Below, piece by piece: positions 50,981-60,039 of a DNA stretch of 64,000 bases. The DNA is taken from assembly GCA_963851265.1 (NCBI GenBank), contig CAWKNZ010000002.1, forward strand, positions 832,001 through 896,000, written 5' to 3'. A model generated the notes under the pieces. It made no database searches and was not told the origin of the DNA. It saw only the letters and a program-made list of their open reading frames with translations. A program made the position numbers and the translations under genes. The stretch comes from an uncultured Gemmatimonadales bacterium. Its GTDB lineage: Bacteria; Gemmatimonadota; Gemmatimonadetes; Gemmatimonadales; Gemmatimonadaceae. Position 1 is the stretch's first letter; every line of letters begins with the position of its first letter.

Positions 50981-52199
50981 GACGGGGGATTGAGAGGCGG
51001 GAGCGCCCACCCGTCACCGTGCAGGCGCCGGTCGATACGGGGCACCGCCACCGTGCGCACCCCGTCCGACCTCACCTCAGGACGAGCGTGGTCGTCCCGA
51101 GGTCAACGCGCCGGGCACGTCAGTCACGCACTCGGCCGGTCGCGCGCGGTTACGCGACGTCGCGGTCAGCGGGCGCCACGCGGTACGGCGCGCTGCCGTC
51201 CGACGCCGGGCGGCGCCACGGCGCCGGTATCGACGGCTCCGGGGCCTCCGCGATTCGGACGTCGGCGGCCGTGGGCTGCGGCGCGACGTCGCGCAACGCG
51301 GGAGCTACCAGAGCGGAACGGCGGAAGTGCTGTCGTTCGGTCCGTCGGTCCTGCAGACGGCCGGTGAGTGGTCGGCGCACGCTATAATCGAGATGCGAAT
51401 AAACTCGGCGCCACCCTGTGTGGCACCGGACCGAACGCGGCGGCGGGCGCCGCGTGCGAGACATACTCATGTTCACGGCGCGTGCCACCGGAGTGCGCGG
51501 CCGAAGGCTCCGCCCACCGAGCGACGGTCGCGACACGGTGTCGCGCGCGCGCTACGTACGCGATCGCATGCGAGCGCCGCGGAGTCGCGCGAACGCGGGT
51601 GATATCGTTGCATGATGTAGCAAAAGAGCCACGCCCGCGGTCGAGGTACGCGACCGCACGACGCGCGATGAGCCGCGCCCCGATCGCGCCCGGGACGGAC
51701 CCGCCCGCCGCGGATCCCGGCGGTAGGCTGGGCGCGCCGCACGCCGACCGTCCGAGCGCGGCACGCATGCATGAAGTCGCACCGCGCCCCGCGCCCCGCG
51801 CACGCCGTGCGTGGCGAGCGCGGATCCGACGCCGTCGTGCGTGAACTGCCCGTCCGAGATCGGAATGTTAGGCCCAATGATGACCGGCTCGACCGCAGGC
51901 GGTTCCAACAGCTCCGCCCGCGGCCGCTCGCACGCGTCGGACGGGAGCGTGCACGGCAGCCGGTTCGATTCGGCGTGGTGCGCCGAGCGCACGACGTGGT
52001 GCGTGCCGGCGTACCGCGCGTACGGTAGCGTACGCACCGCGGCGTTCGGCTCGACGTCGCACGATCGGTACGCAGTCTGCGATGCCGCCGCCCGTCCACG
52101 GACCTGCACGGCGGGTCCTGGCGCCGCGGCCGTGCGGTCGCCGCGCCAGGACGCGCGATCGTGTATTACCCAGCCTGCATCACCAGAGGAGAGCGGAGT

Positions 52200-52613
52200 A
52201 TGACGGAACTCGGGAAGGACGGCGCCACGCCGAACGCGATGGACAGGATCGGCGGCGACGGCACGGCGACGTTCCTCGGCTGTTTCAGCATCGCGCTCGG
52301 GCTCGCCGAGTTCCTCGCGCCGACCGCGATGGCCCGCGTGATCGGTGTGGCACGACCCGACGACCGCGTCGAGACGACGATGCGGACGATGGGGCTGCGC
52401 GAGATCGGCGCGGGCGTGGCGATCTTCAGCACCAACCGCTCGGCCGCGTCCGTCTGGTCGCGCGTTGCGGGCGACGCCCTCGACCTCGCGCTGCTCGGGC
52501 GCACGCTGGCGAACGCGGACAACGACCGCGGTCGGACGCTCTTCGCCACCGCGAACGTGCTCGCGATCGCGGCGCTCGACGTGCTGACGGCGCGGCGACT
52601 GTCGCGAGCGTAG
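52200..52613 (+). CDS. Hypothetical membrane protein resembling the N-terminal part of SRPBCC/cyclase-dehydrase proteins
   Basis: LGCFSIALGLAEFLAP..GLREIGAG..WSRVAGDALDLA; GGAG RBS. Confidence 0.75.
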   Translation: MTELGKDGATPNAMDRIGGDGTATFLGCFSIALGLAEFLAPTAMARVIGVARPDDRVETTMRTMGLREIGAGVAIFSTNRSAASVWSRVAGDALDLALLGRTLANADNDRGRTLFATANVLAIAALDVLTARRLSRA

Positions 52614-52642
52614 GCCGCGCACGAACTCGATCGGACGGGCGC

Positions 52643-53662
52643 TTGCGAGCCGTCGTCATCACGCGTCCCGGCGACCCCGACGTCCTCGCCGTCGAGGACC
52701 GCCCCGCGCCCGAGCCGGGCACCGGCGAAGTGCTCGTCCGCGTGCACGCCGCCGCACTCAACCGCGCCGATCTCATGCAGCGACGCGGGGCGTACCCGCC
52801 GCCGCCGGGCGCTCCCGCTGATGTGCCCGGCCTCGAGTACGCCGGCGAGATCACGGCGTCAGGTCCGGGCGTGTACGATCGGGCCGTCGGCGACCGGGTG
52901 TTCGGACTCGTGGGCGGCGGAGCCTATGCCGAATACGTGGTGGCGCACGAACGAACGGCCGTCGTAGTGCCGGACGCGCTCGACTGGATCGGTGCGGCGG
53001 CGACGCCGGAAGCCTTCATGACGGCGCACGACGCACTGGTGCAGGCCGACGCGCGTCCCGGTGACGTCGTGCTCGTGCACGCGGCCGCGAGCGGGGTCGG
53101 GCTCGCCGCCGTGCAACTCGCGCGCGCGTTCGGCATGACCGCGCTCGGTACCGCGCGCACCGTGGCCAAGCTGGATGCGGTGCGCGATCATGGCGCGTCC
53201 GCGACCCTCGCGGTGCCGCCCGACGCCGCGCGCGATGACGCCGCGCTCCGCACGCTACTCGGCGAGTTCGTCCGCGCGCATACCGGCGGGCGCGGCGCGG
53301 ACGTCGCGCTCGACCTCGTCGGCGGTCCGTACGTGAACGCGACCCTGCACGCGCTCGCGCCGCACGGGCGCCACGTGCTCATCGGCCTCGTGGCCGGACG
53401 CGAGGGGGTCGTCGACTTCGGGCGCGTGCTCTCCGCGCGGCTCACGCTCCGCGGCACGGTGATGCGCGCCCGCCCGATCGAGGAGCGCATCGCGACGGCG
53501 CGGCGCTTCGCACACGACGTCGTCCCGCTCCTCGCGCGCGGCGCCGTCCGTCCGAGCGTGGACCGCGTCTTCGATCTGGCTGACGTGGCCGCGGCACACC
53601 ACCACTTGGAGAGCGACGCGACGACGGGCAAGGTGGTGTTGCGCGTGAGCGCCGACGCCTGA
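52643..53662 (+). CDS. NAD(P)H-quinone oxidoreductase, PIG3 family
   Basis: LNRADLMQRRGAYPPPPGA..PGLE.AG, GGGAYAEY, HAAASGVG, GKVVL; TTG start. Confidence 0.92.
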   Translation: MRAVVITRPGDPDVLAVEDRPAPEPGTGEVLVRVHAAALNRADLMQRRGAYPPPPGAPADVPGLEYAGEITASGPGVYDRAVGDRVFGLVGGGAYAEYVVAHERTAVVVPDALDWIGAAATPEAFMTAHDALVQADARPGDVVLVHAAASGVGLAAVQLARAFGMTALGTARTVAKLDAVRDHGASATLAVPPDAARDDAALRTLLGEFVRAHTGGRGADVALDLVGGPYVNATLHALAPHGRHVLIGLVAGREGVVDFGRVLSARLTLRGTVMRARPIEERIATARRFAHDVVPLLARGAVRPSVDRVFDLADVAAAHHHLESDATTGKVVLRVSADA

Positions 53663-53669
53663 TGAACGC

Positions 53670-55517
53670 TCAGGACCCGCCCGGTCGCGGCGGCGGTGCC
53701 GCGACCGTCCCCTCGAGCGCGTCGACGGTCGCGGCGAGGTAGGCGAACGGGGCGTTCCAGTTGATCGCGATCTCGTTGGCGGCGTAGGCGCACGTGCTGT
53801 CGACGTACGAGAGCGCGGGGACGCGCGACGGGTAGCCGGGGCAGTGGTCCTGCTGCCCCGGGTTGGGGCCGCCGACGAGCAGCCCGGGGATCGGTTCGGC
53901 GATGCCGTCCGCCGCGGAGGGGCGGTGGTGCGGGAACCGCGGCGGGCGCACGCCGACGCCGGTCACGAACGAGTAGCCGGTCGCGTTCCGCCCGAGGATG
54001 TAGTCGAGATTCGCGACCGCCGCGTCGAGCAGCGCGCGGTCGCGCGTGAGGCGGTAGGCCTGGATCAGCAGCATGCCCTGGTTGGCCGCGACCGCGTTAC
54101 TCCCCCAGATGAAGTCCCGCGGGTCGTCGATCGCGACGCCGTACGCCGACGCGCCGGCGCGCGCGGCCAACGCGCGCGCCGGCGTGAGGACGCGCGCGGC
54201 CAGCGCCGCCGTGTCGAACGCCGCCGGCAGCTCGGCGCGGTGGTCCAACAGCGAGTAGACGCCTAACATCGCGACCGAGCCCCAGCTCGGCACGCCGGGC
54301 GTCGGCGCGGCGAGCGGCGCGGCGGCGACGAGGAAGCTGTCGGCGTGTGTCGCGACGTACAGCTCCGACGCCGCCCAGCGGACCTCGTCGCGCACGTCGC
54401 CGTCGCCATACGTCCCCGTGGTCACCCGCGGCGCGAACTGCGCGTTCATCCGGTCCTGGTCGTAGATCGCGTCCGGGTGGCGACGCGCCCACGTCCACGC
54501 CGCGAGCGCCTCGCGCACGAGCGAGTCGGCGAGGCCGGACGGGGCCGCGTGGTACCGCCGCAGCACGACGGCCGCGTGCGCCGCGGTCGCCGAAAAGTCG
54601 AGCGCCGCGGCGGTGCTCTTCTGCACGACGTAGCGCGGCGTGGTCGCCGCGGCGGGCATCACGAACGGGTCGAATACCGCGTTCGTCAGCTTGTGGTACA
54701 CGCCGCCGTCGGCCGGGTCCTGCATCGTGCGCATCCAGCCCAGGTTCCAGAGCGCCTCGTTCAGCACGTCGGGCAGACCGTTCCCGCTTTCCGGGATGTG
54801 CGTGTCGAGCGCGGCCGCGTACGCCGGGACGTGGTCGGCGAGCGCGAAGAGCGTGTAGGTGCTGATTCCGGAGTTGACGACGTACTTGTTGTAGTCGCCC
54901 GCGTCATACCAGCCGCGCGGCGACGAGACGTGCGCGCCGACGGCCCGCGTCGGCCCCGCGGCCGACGGGTGTACGAGCACGGCCGTGTCGGGGTGGCCAG
55001 CGGCGCGCGCCCAACGCCCCGCATAGCGCGCCGGCAGGTCGGTCGAGGCGCGCTGGTAGTAGAACGCCTTCACCGCGGCACGCGCGACCTCGCGCGCCGC
55101 GCCCGGCTGCACCACGAACGGCGCCGACGACCCCACGCCCGCGACCGTCAGCACGTAGCGCCCCGGCCGCACGAGCGCGCCGAACTCGGCGCGGCGCACG
55201 ACCTCTCCCGACGGGACCCACGCGCGCGGCGGCGTGAGCGTGCCCGCGAACGCGGTATCGCCCCGTGCCGCGTCGACGACCGCGAATCCCCGTGCCGCGT
55301 CACCGGCGACGACCACCGCGGTCTTCGGTTCGCGGACGTCGAATCCGACCTGATTGAGACGGATGCGAGGCGACGGCACGGCGCCGGGCGACGAGCCGCC
55401 GGCCGGAGCCGTGCCGGCAGGCTGCTGAGCATGCGCCCGACCGCCGAGCGCCGCGAGCGTGAGAACGATGCGAAGCGCGCGTGTCGCGCCCGGCGCAGGA
55501 ACGGCGTGGACACTCAT
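53670..55517 (-). CDS. Glycoside hydrolase family 9 with N-terminal Ig-like domain, secreted
   Basis: IRLNQVGF, FYYQR, GWYDAGDYNKY, YILGRNATGYSFVTG, PHHRPS, NEIAINWNA. Confidence 0.95.
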   Translation of the reverse strand: MSVHAVPAPGATRALRIVLTLAALGGRAHAQQPAGTAPAGGSSPGAVPSPRIRLNQVGFDVREPKTAVVVAGDAARGFAVVDAARGDTAFAGTLTPPRAWVPSGEVVRRAEFGALVRPGRYVLTVAGVGSSAPFVVQPGAAREVARAAVKAFYYQRASTDLPARYAGRWARAAGHPDTAVLVHPSAAGPTRAVGAHVSSPRGWYDAGDYNKYVVNSGISTYTLFALADHVPAYAAALDTHIPESGNGLPDVLNEALWNLGWMRTMQDPADGGVYHKLTNAVFDPFVMPAAATTPRYVVQKSTAAALDFSATAAHAAVVLRRYHAAPSGLADSLVREALAAWTWARRHPDAIYDQDRMNAQFAPRVTTGTYGDGDVRDEVRWAASELYVATHADSFLVAAAPLAAPTPGVPSWGSVAMLGVYSLLDHRAELPAAFDTAALAARVLTPARALAARAGASAYGVAIDDPRDFIWGSNAVAANQGMLLIQAYRLTRDRALLDAAVANLDYILGRNATGYSFVTGVGVRPPRFPHHRPSAADGIAEPIPGLLVGGPNPGQQDHCPGYPSRVPALSYVDSTCAYAANEIAINWNAPFAYLAATVDALEGTVAAPPPRPGGS

Positions 55518-55528
55518 GGTGGCCTAAC

Positions 55529-57733
55529 TCAGGGTCGGAGCCGTACGACGGTGACGGAGTAACCGGGAAGCAGGAGGGAGTCGGCGGCCACGCGTCGCGC
55601 AGTCGGGTAGCCGCGCCACACGGGCCGCCCGGCGCGGCCGCGGCCGCGCCACGCGTACTCGGCGGCCGACAGCTGCCACACGTCCCACCGGCCGAGGGCG
55701 GCCCGTGGGATGGCTGCCGCGATCCCGCCCGCCAGATCGGTGGCGTTGGGCACGTGCAGGTGCGGGCGCACGGTCGTGAGCGAGTCCTTGTTCACGAGCA
55801 GCACGGCCCACGTGCCTCCGGGCTGCCGCAGCGGGTACGCGCTCACGACGGCGTCGCCCGCCGAATCGCGCCAGTTGGTGTTGGCGCGGAACAGCGTGTG
55901 CGCGCCGCCGGCCGGGTCGGTCCACGCCTGCGTGAGCAGTCGCGTCGCCCAGTACGCGGCCGTGGTGTCGCGGACCACGGCGGCCCCGTCGCCCAGAAAC
56001 AGCGCGTTGTTGCCCCAGAGCGGGCACTCGGGTTCGCGCTGCAGCTCGGTCGGCTCGTAGCCGTACAGGTACGCCTCGTCCCCACCCGCGGTGAGGAATG
56101 CGCCCACGAAGTCCGCGACGAACAGCGCACCGGCGAGTTGCACTTCGGCGGGTGACGCGAACGCCGAATAGCCGAACTCGGTCGCGATCCAGGGCACGTC
56201 GTGCGCGAGTCCGCCGCGGGCGAACCGCTCGACCGTGCTGGTCAGCATCGCCGGTTGCTGGCGCAGGTACGGGCCCGTCGGCGCGCATACCGAATCGAAC
56301 GGGTACCACTCGAACGAGAAGAACCCGAAGTCGCGCGCCCGCCCGCGGGCGACCAGATACTCGCGCATCGCCGTGATCCACGGTCGCGAGGTGGGCTCGG
56401 CGGGCACGAGATGGAAGTCCACGAGCACGGTCTGCAGCGACGGACCGCCGGTGACGAGTGCCGGATCGGCCGCGTGCAGCGCGTCGGCGACCTGCACCGC
56501 CAGCGCGCCATAGTCTGCAGCGGGGGCGTCCTGCCCGTCCGGCTCCTCGCCGAGTTCGGCCCGGGCGGCGCGCAGGCCGCGGGCGCGCAGGTACCGCACG
56601 AGCGCGGCACCGTTTTCGGGCGTGTCGTAGAGTACCCCCACCGAGAGCATCGGCGGTCCCGCCGCGGCGAGTCCGCTCGTGAACGCCCGTTCCACGCTCG
56701 GCTGCGCGAGTTCGGGGTCGCGGTCGGTGGCGCGGTGCCACGGGTCGGTCGACGACGCCCACGTCGCGCTCTGCGCGTGCGACGGCGCGTGGCGCACGGC
56801 GTCGACGAAGTTTCCGCCAGCGCCGATCGTCCCCACGCCGATCTCGCGGATCGCGTAGCCGAGCGAGTCGCGCGGGTCGACGGCGTTGGCCGGCGCCGTG
56901 TGCGAGCTCTCGGTCATCGTGACGCGGATCCAGCGAGCCGGGCGCGCGCCGGGCTCCACGCGCGTCAGCGCGATGCCGCCGCGCCCGTCCGTCACGGCGC
57001 CGCCCGAGAACGCGCGCCAGTGGCCGACCGGAGACGGCCCCTCGAGCGATTCTGCGTTGTTGCCGTCCCAGTACTCGACCGTGTACCGCGCGGCCCACGG
57101 CGCGCCCCACGCGATGCGAACGGCGTTCACAGGGTGCGCGGCGCCGAGGTCGACCACCACACGCTGCGGGTGGAGCGCGTCTGGCTCGCCCGTGTAGCGC
57201 GCGCTCAGGTACGGGTTGCTCTTCCAGAACGTCGCGGCGTCGCCGTCGGTCAGGCGCGAGTAGCCGTCGTTGTCGCCCTGGTCGATGGTCGTGCCGCGGC
57301 GCGGCAACCGGTACCCGTAGCCGAGTGGCAACGGTGCGCCGTCGGGCGCCGGCCGGTCGTCGCCGAGCCAGTAGCCGCGCGAGTTGGCCGCGTCGCTCCA
57401 CCGCCCGCGATTCGTCCAATGCCAGGCCTCGATGCCGAGCTCGGTGCGCAGCCGGTAGGAAAGGCGCGGCAGCCCGGCCGATCGCATCGCGGCCACGTTG
57501 CGCGGGTCGAACGTGGCCCGGGCGTCCTCGGCCGGGCGCCCGTCGATTCCCGCACCGAACACGTCACGCGGCACGAAGCGGCGCACGGGGTGGACGGTGT
57601 CGATCGTGACCTGTACGTCGCGAACGTGGGCGGCGGGAGGTTGCGCGACTGCCGCACGGCTCGCGACCGCGGCGGCGAGCCCGGCGCGGAGCGCGCGGAC
57701 CGCGCGCGGCCATCGAATGGTCGAATCTGGCAT
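55529..57733 (-). CDS. Secreted glycoside hydrolase (clan GH-A-like) with an inserted discoidin/F5/8 type C domain
   Basis: Signal peptide; LSYRLRTELG; DGDAATFWKS..VVVDLGA..VRIAW..YTVEY..ARWIRV..YAIREI (discoidin); AELGEEPDGQ and WIATEFGYS. Confidence 0.7.
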   Translation of the reverse strand: MPDSTIRWPRAVRALRAGLAAAVASRAAVAQPPAAHVRDVQVTIDTVHPVRRFVPRDVFGAGIDGRPAEDARATFDPRNVAAMRSAGLPRLSYRLRTELGIEAWHWTNRGRWSDAANSRGYWLGDDRPAPDGAPLPLGYGYRLPRRGTTIDQGDNDGYSRLTDGDAATFWKSNPYLSARYTGEPDALHPQRVVVDLGAAHPVNAVRIAWGAPWAARYTVEYWDGNNAESLEGPSPVGHWRAFSGGAVTDGRGGIALTRVEPGARPARWIRVTMTESSHTAPANAVDPRDSLGYAIREIGVGTIGAGGNFVDAVRHAPSHAQSATWASSTDPWHRATDRDPELAQPSVERAFTSGLAAAGPPMLSVGVLYDTPENGAALVRYLRARGLRAARAELGEEPDGQDAPAADYGALAVQVADALHAADPALVTGGPSLQTVLVDFHLVPAEPTSRPWITAMREYLVARGRARDFGFFSFEWYPFDSVCAPTGPYLRQQPAMLTSTVERFARGGLAHDVPWIATEFGYSAFASPAEVQLAGALFVADFVGAFLTAGGDEAYLYGYEPTELQREPECPLWGNNALFLGDGAAVVRDTTAAYWATRLLTQAWTDPAGGAHTLFRANTNWRDSAGDAVVSAYPLRQPGGTWAVLLVNKDSLTTVRPHLHVPNATDLAGGIAAAIPRAALGRWDVWQLSAAEYAWRGRGRAGRPVWRGYPTARRVAADSLLLPGYSVTVVRLRP

Positions 57734-57938
57734 CTCGTCCGGCCATGTTGCGCGAGCACCCGAGCCGTCGCAAGGGGGCCCGTGGTGGCGCCTGGCGCGC
57801 CCGTCAACGACCGTCGTTCGGCGAGCGTACCCGTGCTGGCCGCGCGATCCTTCCGCGGCCGTTTCGTGTAGAGCTGTGCACACGTGACGCGCCTCCGCTT
57901 CATCGCCGGGGCGCCGGTTCGCACTCCCGCCTCTTCTC

Positions 57939-59999
57939 ATGCCCTCCACCCGTTCCGTTCGTCACGCCGCGTCGGCACTTGCCGCGGTCGCGCTGTCGGT
58001 CGCCGGCGCCGCCCTGGGCGCTCGCGCCGCCCGCGCCCAAGCGCCCGGTCACGCGCTCGGCGTCGACACGACCAACTTCGACCGCTCGGTCCGCCCGCAG
58101 GACGATTTCTTCCGGTTCGTCAACGGCGGCTGGCTCAAGCGCACCGAGATCCCGGCCGACCGTTCCAGCTGGGGCGCGTTCCTCGAGTTGCGGGAGCGGA
58201 GTGCCGTCGCGCTGCACGGCATCCTCGACAACGCGGCCCGCACGCCGGCCGCGCCCGGCACCAACGAGCGCAAGATCGGCGACTTCTACGCGAGTTACAT
58301 GGACTCGGCCCGCGTCGAATCGCTCGGCCTGACGCCGCTCCAGCCGGAGTTCCGCGCGATCGCGGCGGTCACCACGGCGGCGCAGCTGCCCGCCGCGTTC
58401 GCCCACTTCGCCCGACTCGGCGTGGCCGGTCCGGCCGGCGTCTTCGTCGGCCAGGACGCGCGTAAATCGGACGCCTACATCGTCTCGATCTCGCAGTCCG
58501 GCCTCGGCCTTCCCGACCGCGACTACTACCTGCGCGCCGACCCCAAGCTCGTCGCGGCGCGTACCGCGTACGGCGCGTACATCACGCGCCTCCTCACGCT
58601 CGCCAAGCAGCCCGACGCGGAGGGTGCGGCGGCGCGCATCGTCGCGCTCGAGACTGCGATCGCCGGCCGCCAGTGGGACCGCGCGCGCAACCGCGACCGC
58701 AACGCCACGTACAACCGGATGACGGTCGCGCAGCTCGCCGAACTCGTGCCGTCGTACGGCTGGCGTCAGTACTTCGCGGCCGCCGGGCTCGACGCGGCCA
58801 CCGAGGTCGTGGTCCGGCAGCCCGACTACCTCCGCGCGCTCGACCCGATCCTCTCGAGCACCCCCGCGTCGACGTGGCGCGAGTACCTCACCTTCAAGCT
58901 GCTCGACAGCTACGCCGACGAGCTGCCGGCCGCGTTCCAGCAGGCCCGCTTCGAGTTCCGCGGGCGCACGCTCAGCGGCCAGCAGGCGATGGGGCCGCGC
59001 TGGAAGCGCGCGGTGCAGGAGGTCGAGGGCGCGATGGGCGACGCCGTCGGGCAACTCTACGTGCGCCAGTACTTCGCGGCGACCGCGAAGGCGCGCATGG
59101 ACTCGCTCGTGCACAACCTGCGCGAGGCCTACCGGGTCGGCATCGACAGCCTGCCGTGGATGAGCCCCGCGACCAAGGCGGAGGCGCAGCAGAAGCTCGC
59201 GCACTTCACGGTCAAGATCGCCTACCCCGACCGGTGGCGCGAGTACGCCGCGCTCGAGGTCCGGCGCGACGACCTGTTAGGCAACGCGATGCGCGCGAAC
59301 GCGTTCGAGTACGCCGACAACACCGGCCACCTCGGCAAGCCGGTCGAGCGCTGGCGCTGGGGCATGACGCCGCAGACGGTCAACGCGTACTACAACTCGA
59401 CCAACAACGAGATCGTCTTCCCGGCCGCGATCCTCCAGCCGCCCTTCTTCAACGTCGACGCCGACGACGCGGTCAACTACGGCGCCATCGGCGCGGTGAT
59501 CGGCCACGAGATCGGTCACGGCTTCGACGACCAGGGGCGGAAGAGCGACGGCGCGGGCAACCTGCGCGACTGGTGGACCCCCGCCGACGCGCAGGCCTAC
59601 GAGGCCCGCACGGCGAAGCTCGCGGCCCAGTACGAGGCGATCACGCCGATCGACAGCATCCACATCAACGGCCGCCTCACGCTCGGCGAGAACATCGGCG
59701 ACGTCAGCGGCCTCGCGGCGGCGTACCGCGCCTACCACGTGTCGCTGCACGGCCGGCCGGCTCCCGTCATCGGCGGCTACACGGGCGACCAGCGCTTCTT
59801 CCTCGGCTTCGCGCAGATCTGGCGCACCAAGTTCCGCGACGACGCGCTCCGCCAGCAGCTGCTCACCGACCCGCACTCGCCTGGGCAGGTGCGCGCGCTG
59901 GTCCCGCTCGTCAACAACGACGCCTTCGAGACGGCGTTCAACGTGAAGCCCGGCGACAAGATGTACCGCGCGCCCGAGGACCGCGTGAAGATCTGGTAA
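57939..59999 (+). CDS. M13 family (neprilysin/PepO-like) metallopeptidase, secreted
   Basis: VRPQDDFFRFVNGGW, VNAYY, FPAAILQPPF, GHEIGHGFDDQG, GENIGD, DPHSP. Confidence 0.95.
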   Translation: MPSTRSVRHAASALAAVALSVAGAALGARAARAQAPGHALGVDTTNFDRSVRPQDDFFRFVNGGWLKRTEIPADRSSWGAFLELRERSAVALHGILDNAARTPAAPGTNERKIGDFYASYMDSARVESLGLTPLQPEFRAIAAVTTAAQLPAAFAHFARLGVAGPAGVFVGQDARKSDAYIVSISQSGLGLPDRDYYLRADPKLVAARTAYGAYITRLLTLAKQPDAEGAAARIVALETAIAGRQWDRARNRDRNATYNRMTVAQLAELVPSYGWRQYFAAAGLDAATEVVVRQPDYLRALDPILSSTPASTWREYLTFKLLDSYADELPAAFQQARFEFRGRTLSGQQAMGPRWKRAVQEVEGAMGDAVGQLYVRQYFAATAKARMDSLVHNLREAYRVGIDSLPWMSPATKAEAQQKLAHFTVKIAYPDRWREYAALEVRRDDLLGNAMRANAFEYADNTGHLGKPVERWRWGMTPQTVNAYYNSTNNEIVFPAAILQPPFFNVDADDAVNYGAIGAVIGHEIGHGFDDQGRKSDGAGNLRDWWTPADAQAYEARTAKLAAQYEAITPIDSIHINGRLTLGENIGDVSGLAAAYRAYHVSLHGRPAPVIGGYTGDQRFFLGFAQIWRTKFRDDALRQQLLTDPHSPGQVRALVPLVNNDAFETAFNVKPGDKMYRAPEDRVKIW

Positions 60000-60002
60000 G
60001 GC

Positions 60003-60039
60003 GAGGGCGGCGCGCCGGCTCACCCGGCGCGCCGCCCTC
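60003..60039. terminator. Hairpin between convergent M13 peptidase and dnaE2
   Basis: GAGGGCGGCGCGCCGG-ctcac-CCGGCGCGCCGCCCTC, a perfect 16-bp stem. Confidence 0.65.

Noticed and set aside
50981..51400. c-di-GMP riboswitch or sigma28 promoter upstream of the MCP
   Set aside because: I could not find the GEMM-type GGCAAA/GACGCAAAG pattern or a properly spaced TAAA-N15-GCCGATAA on the minus strand.
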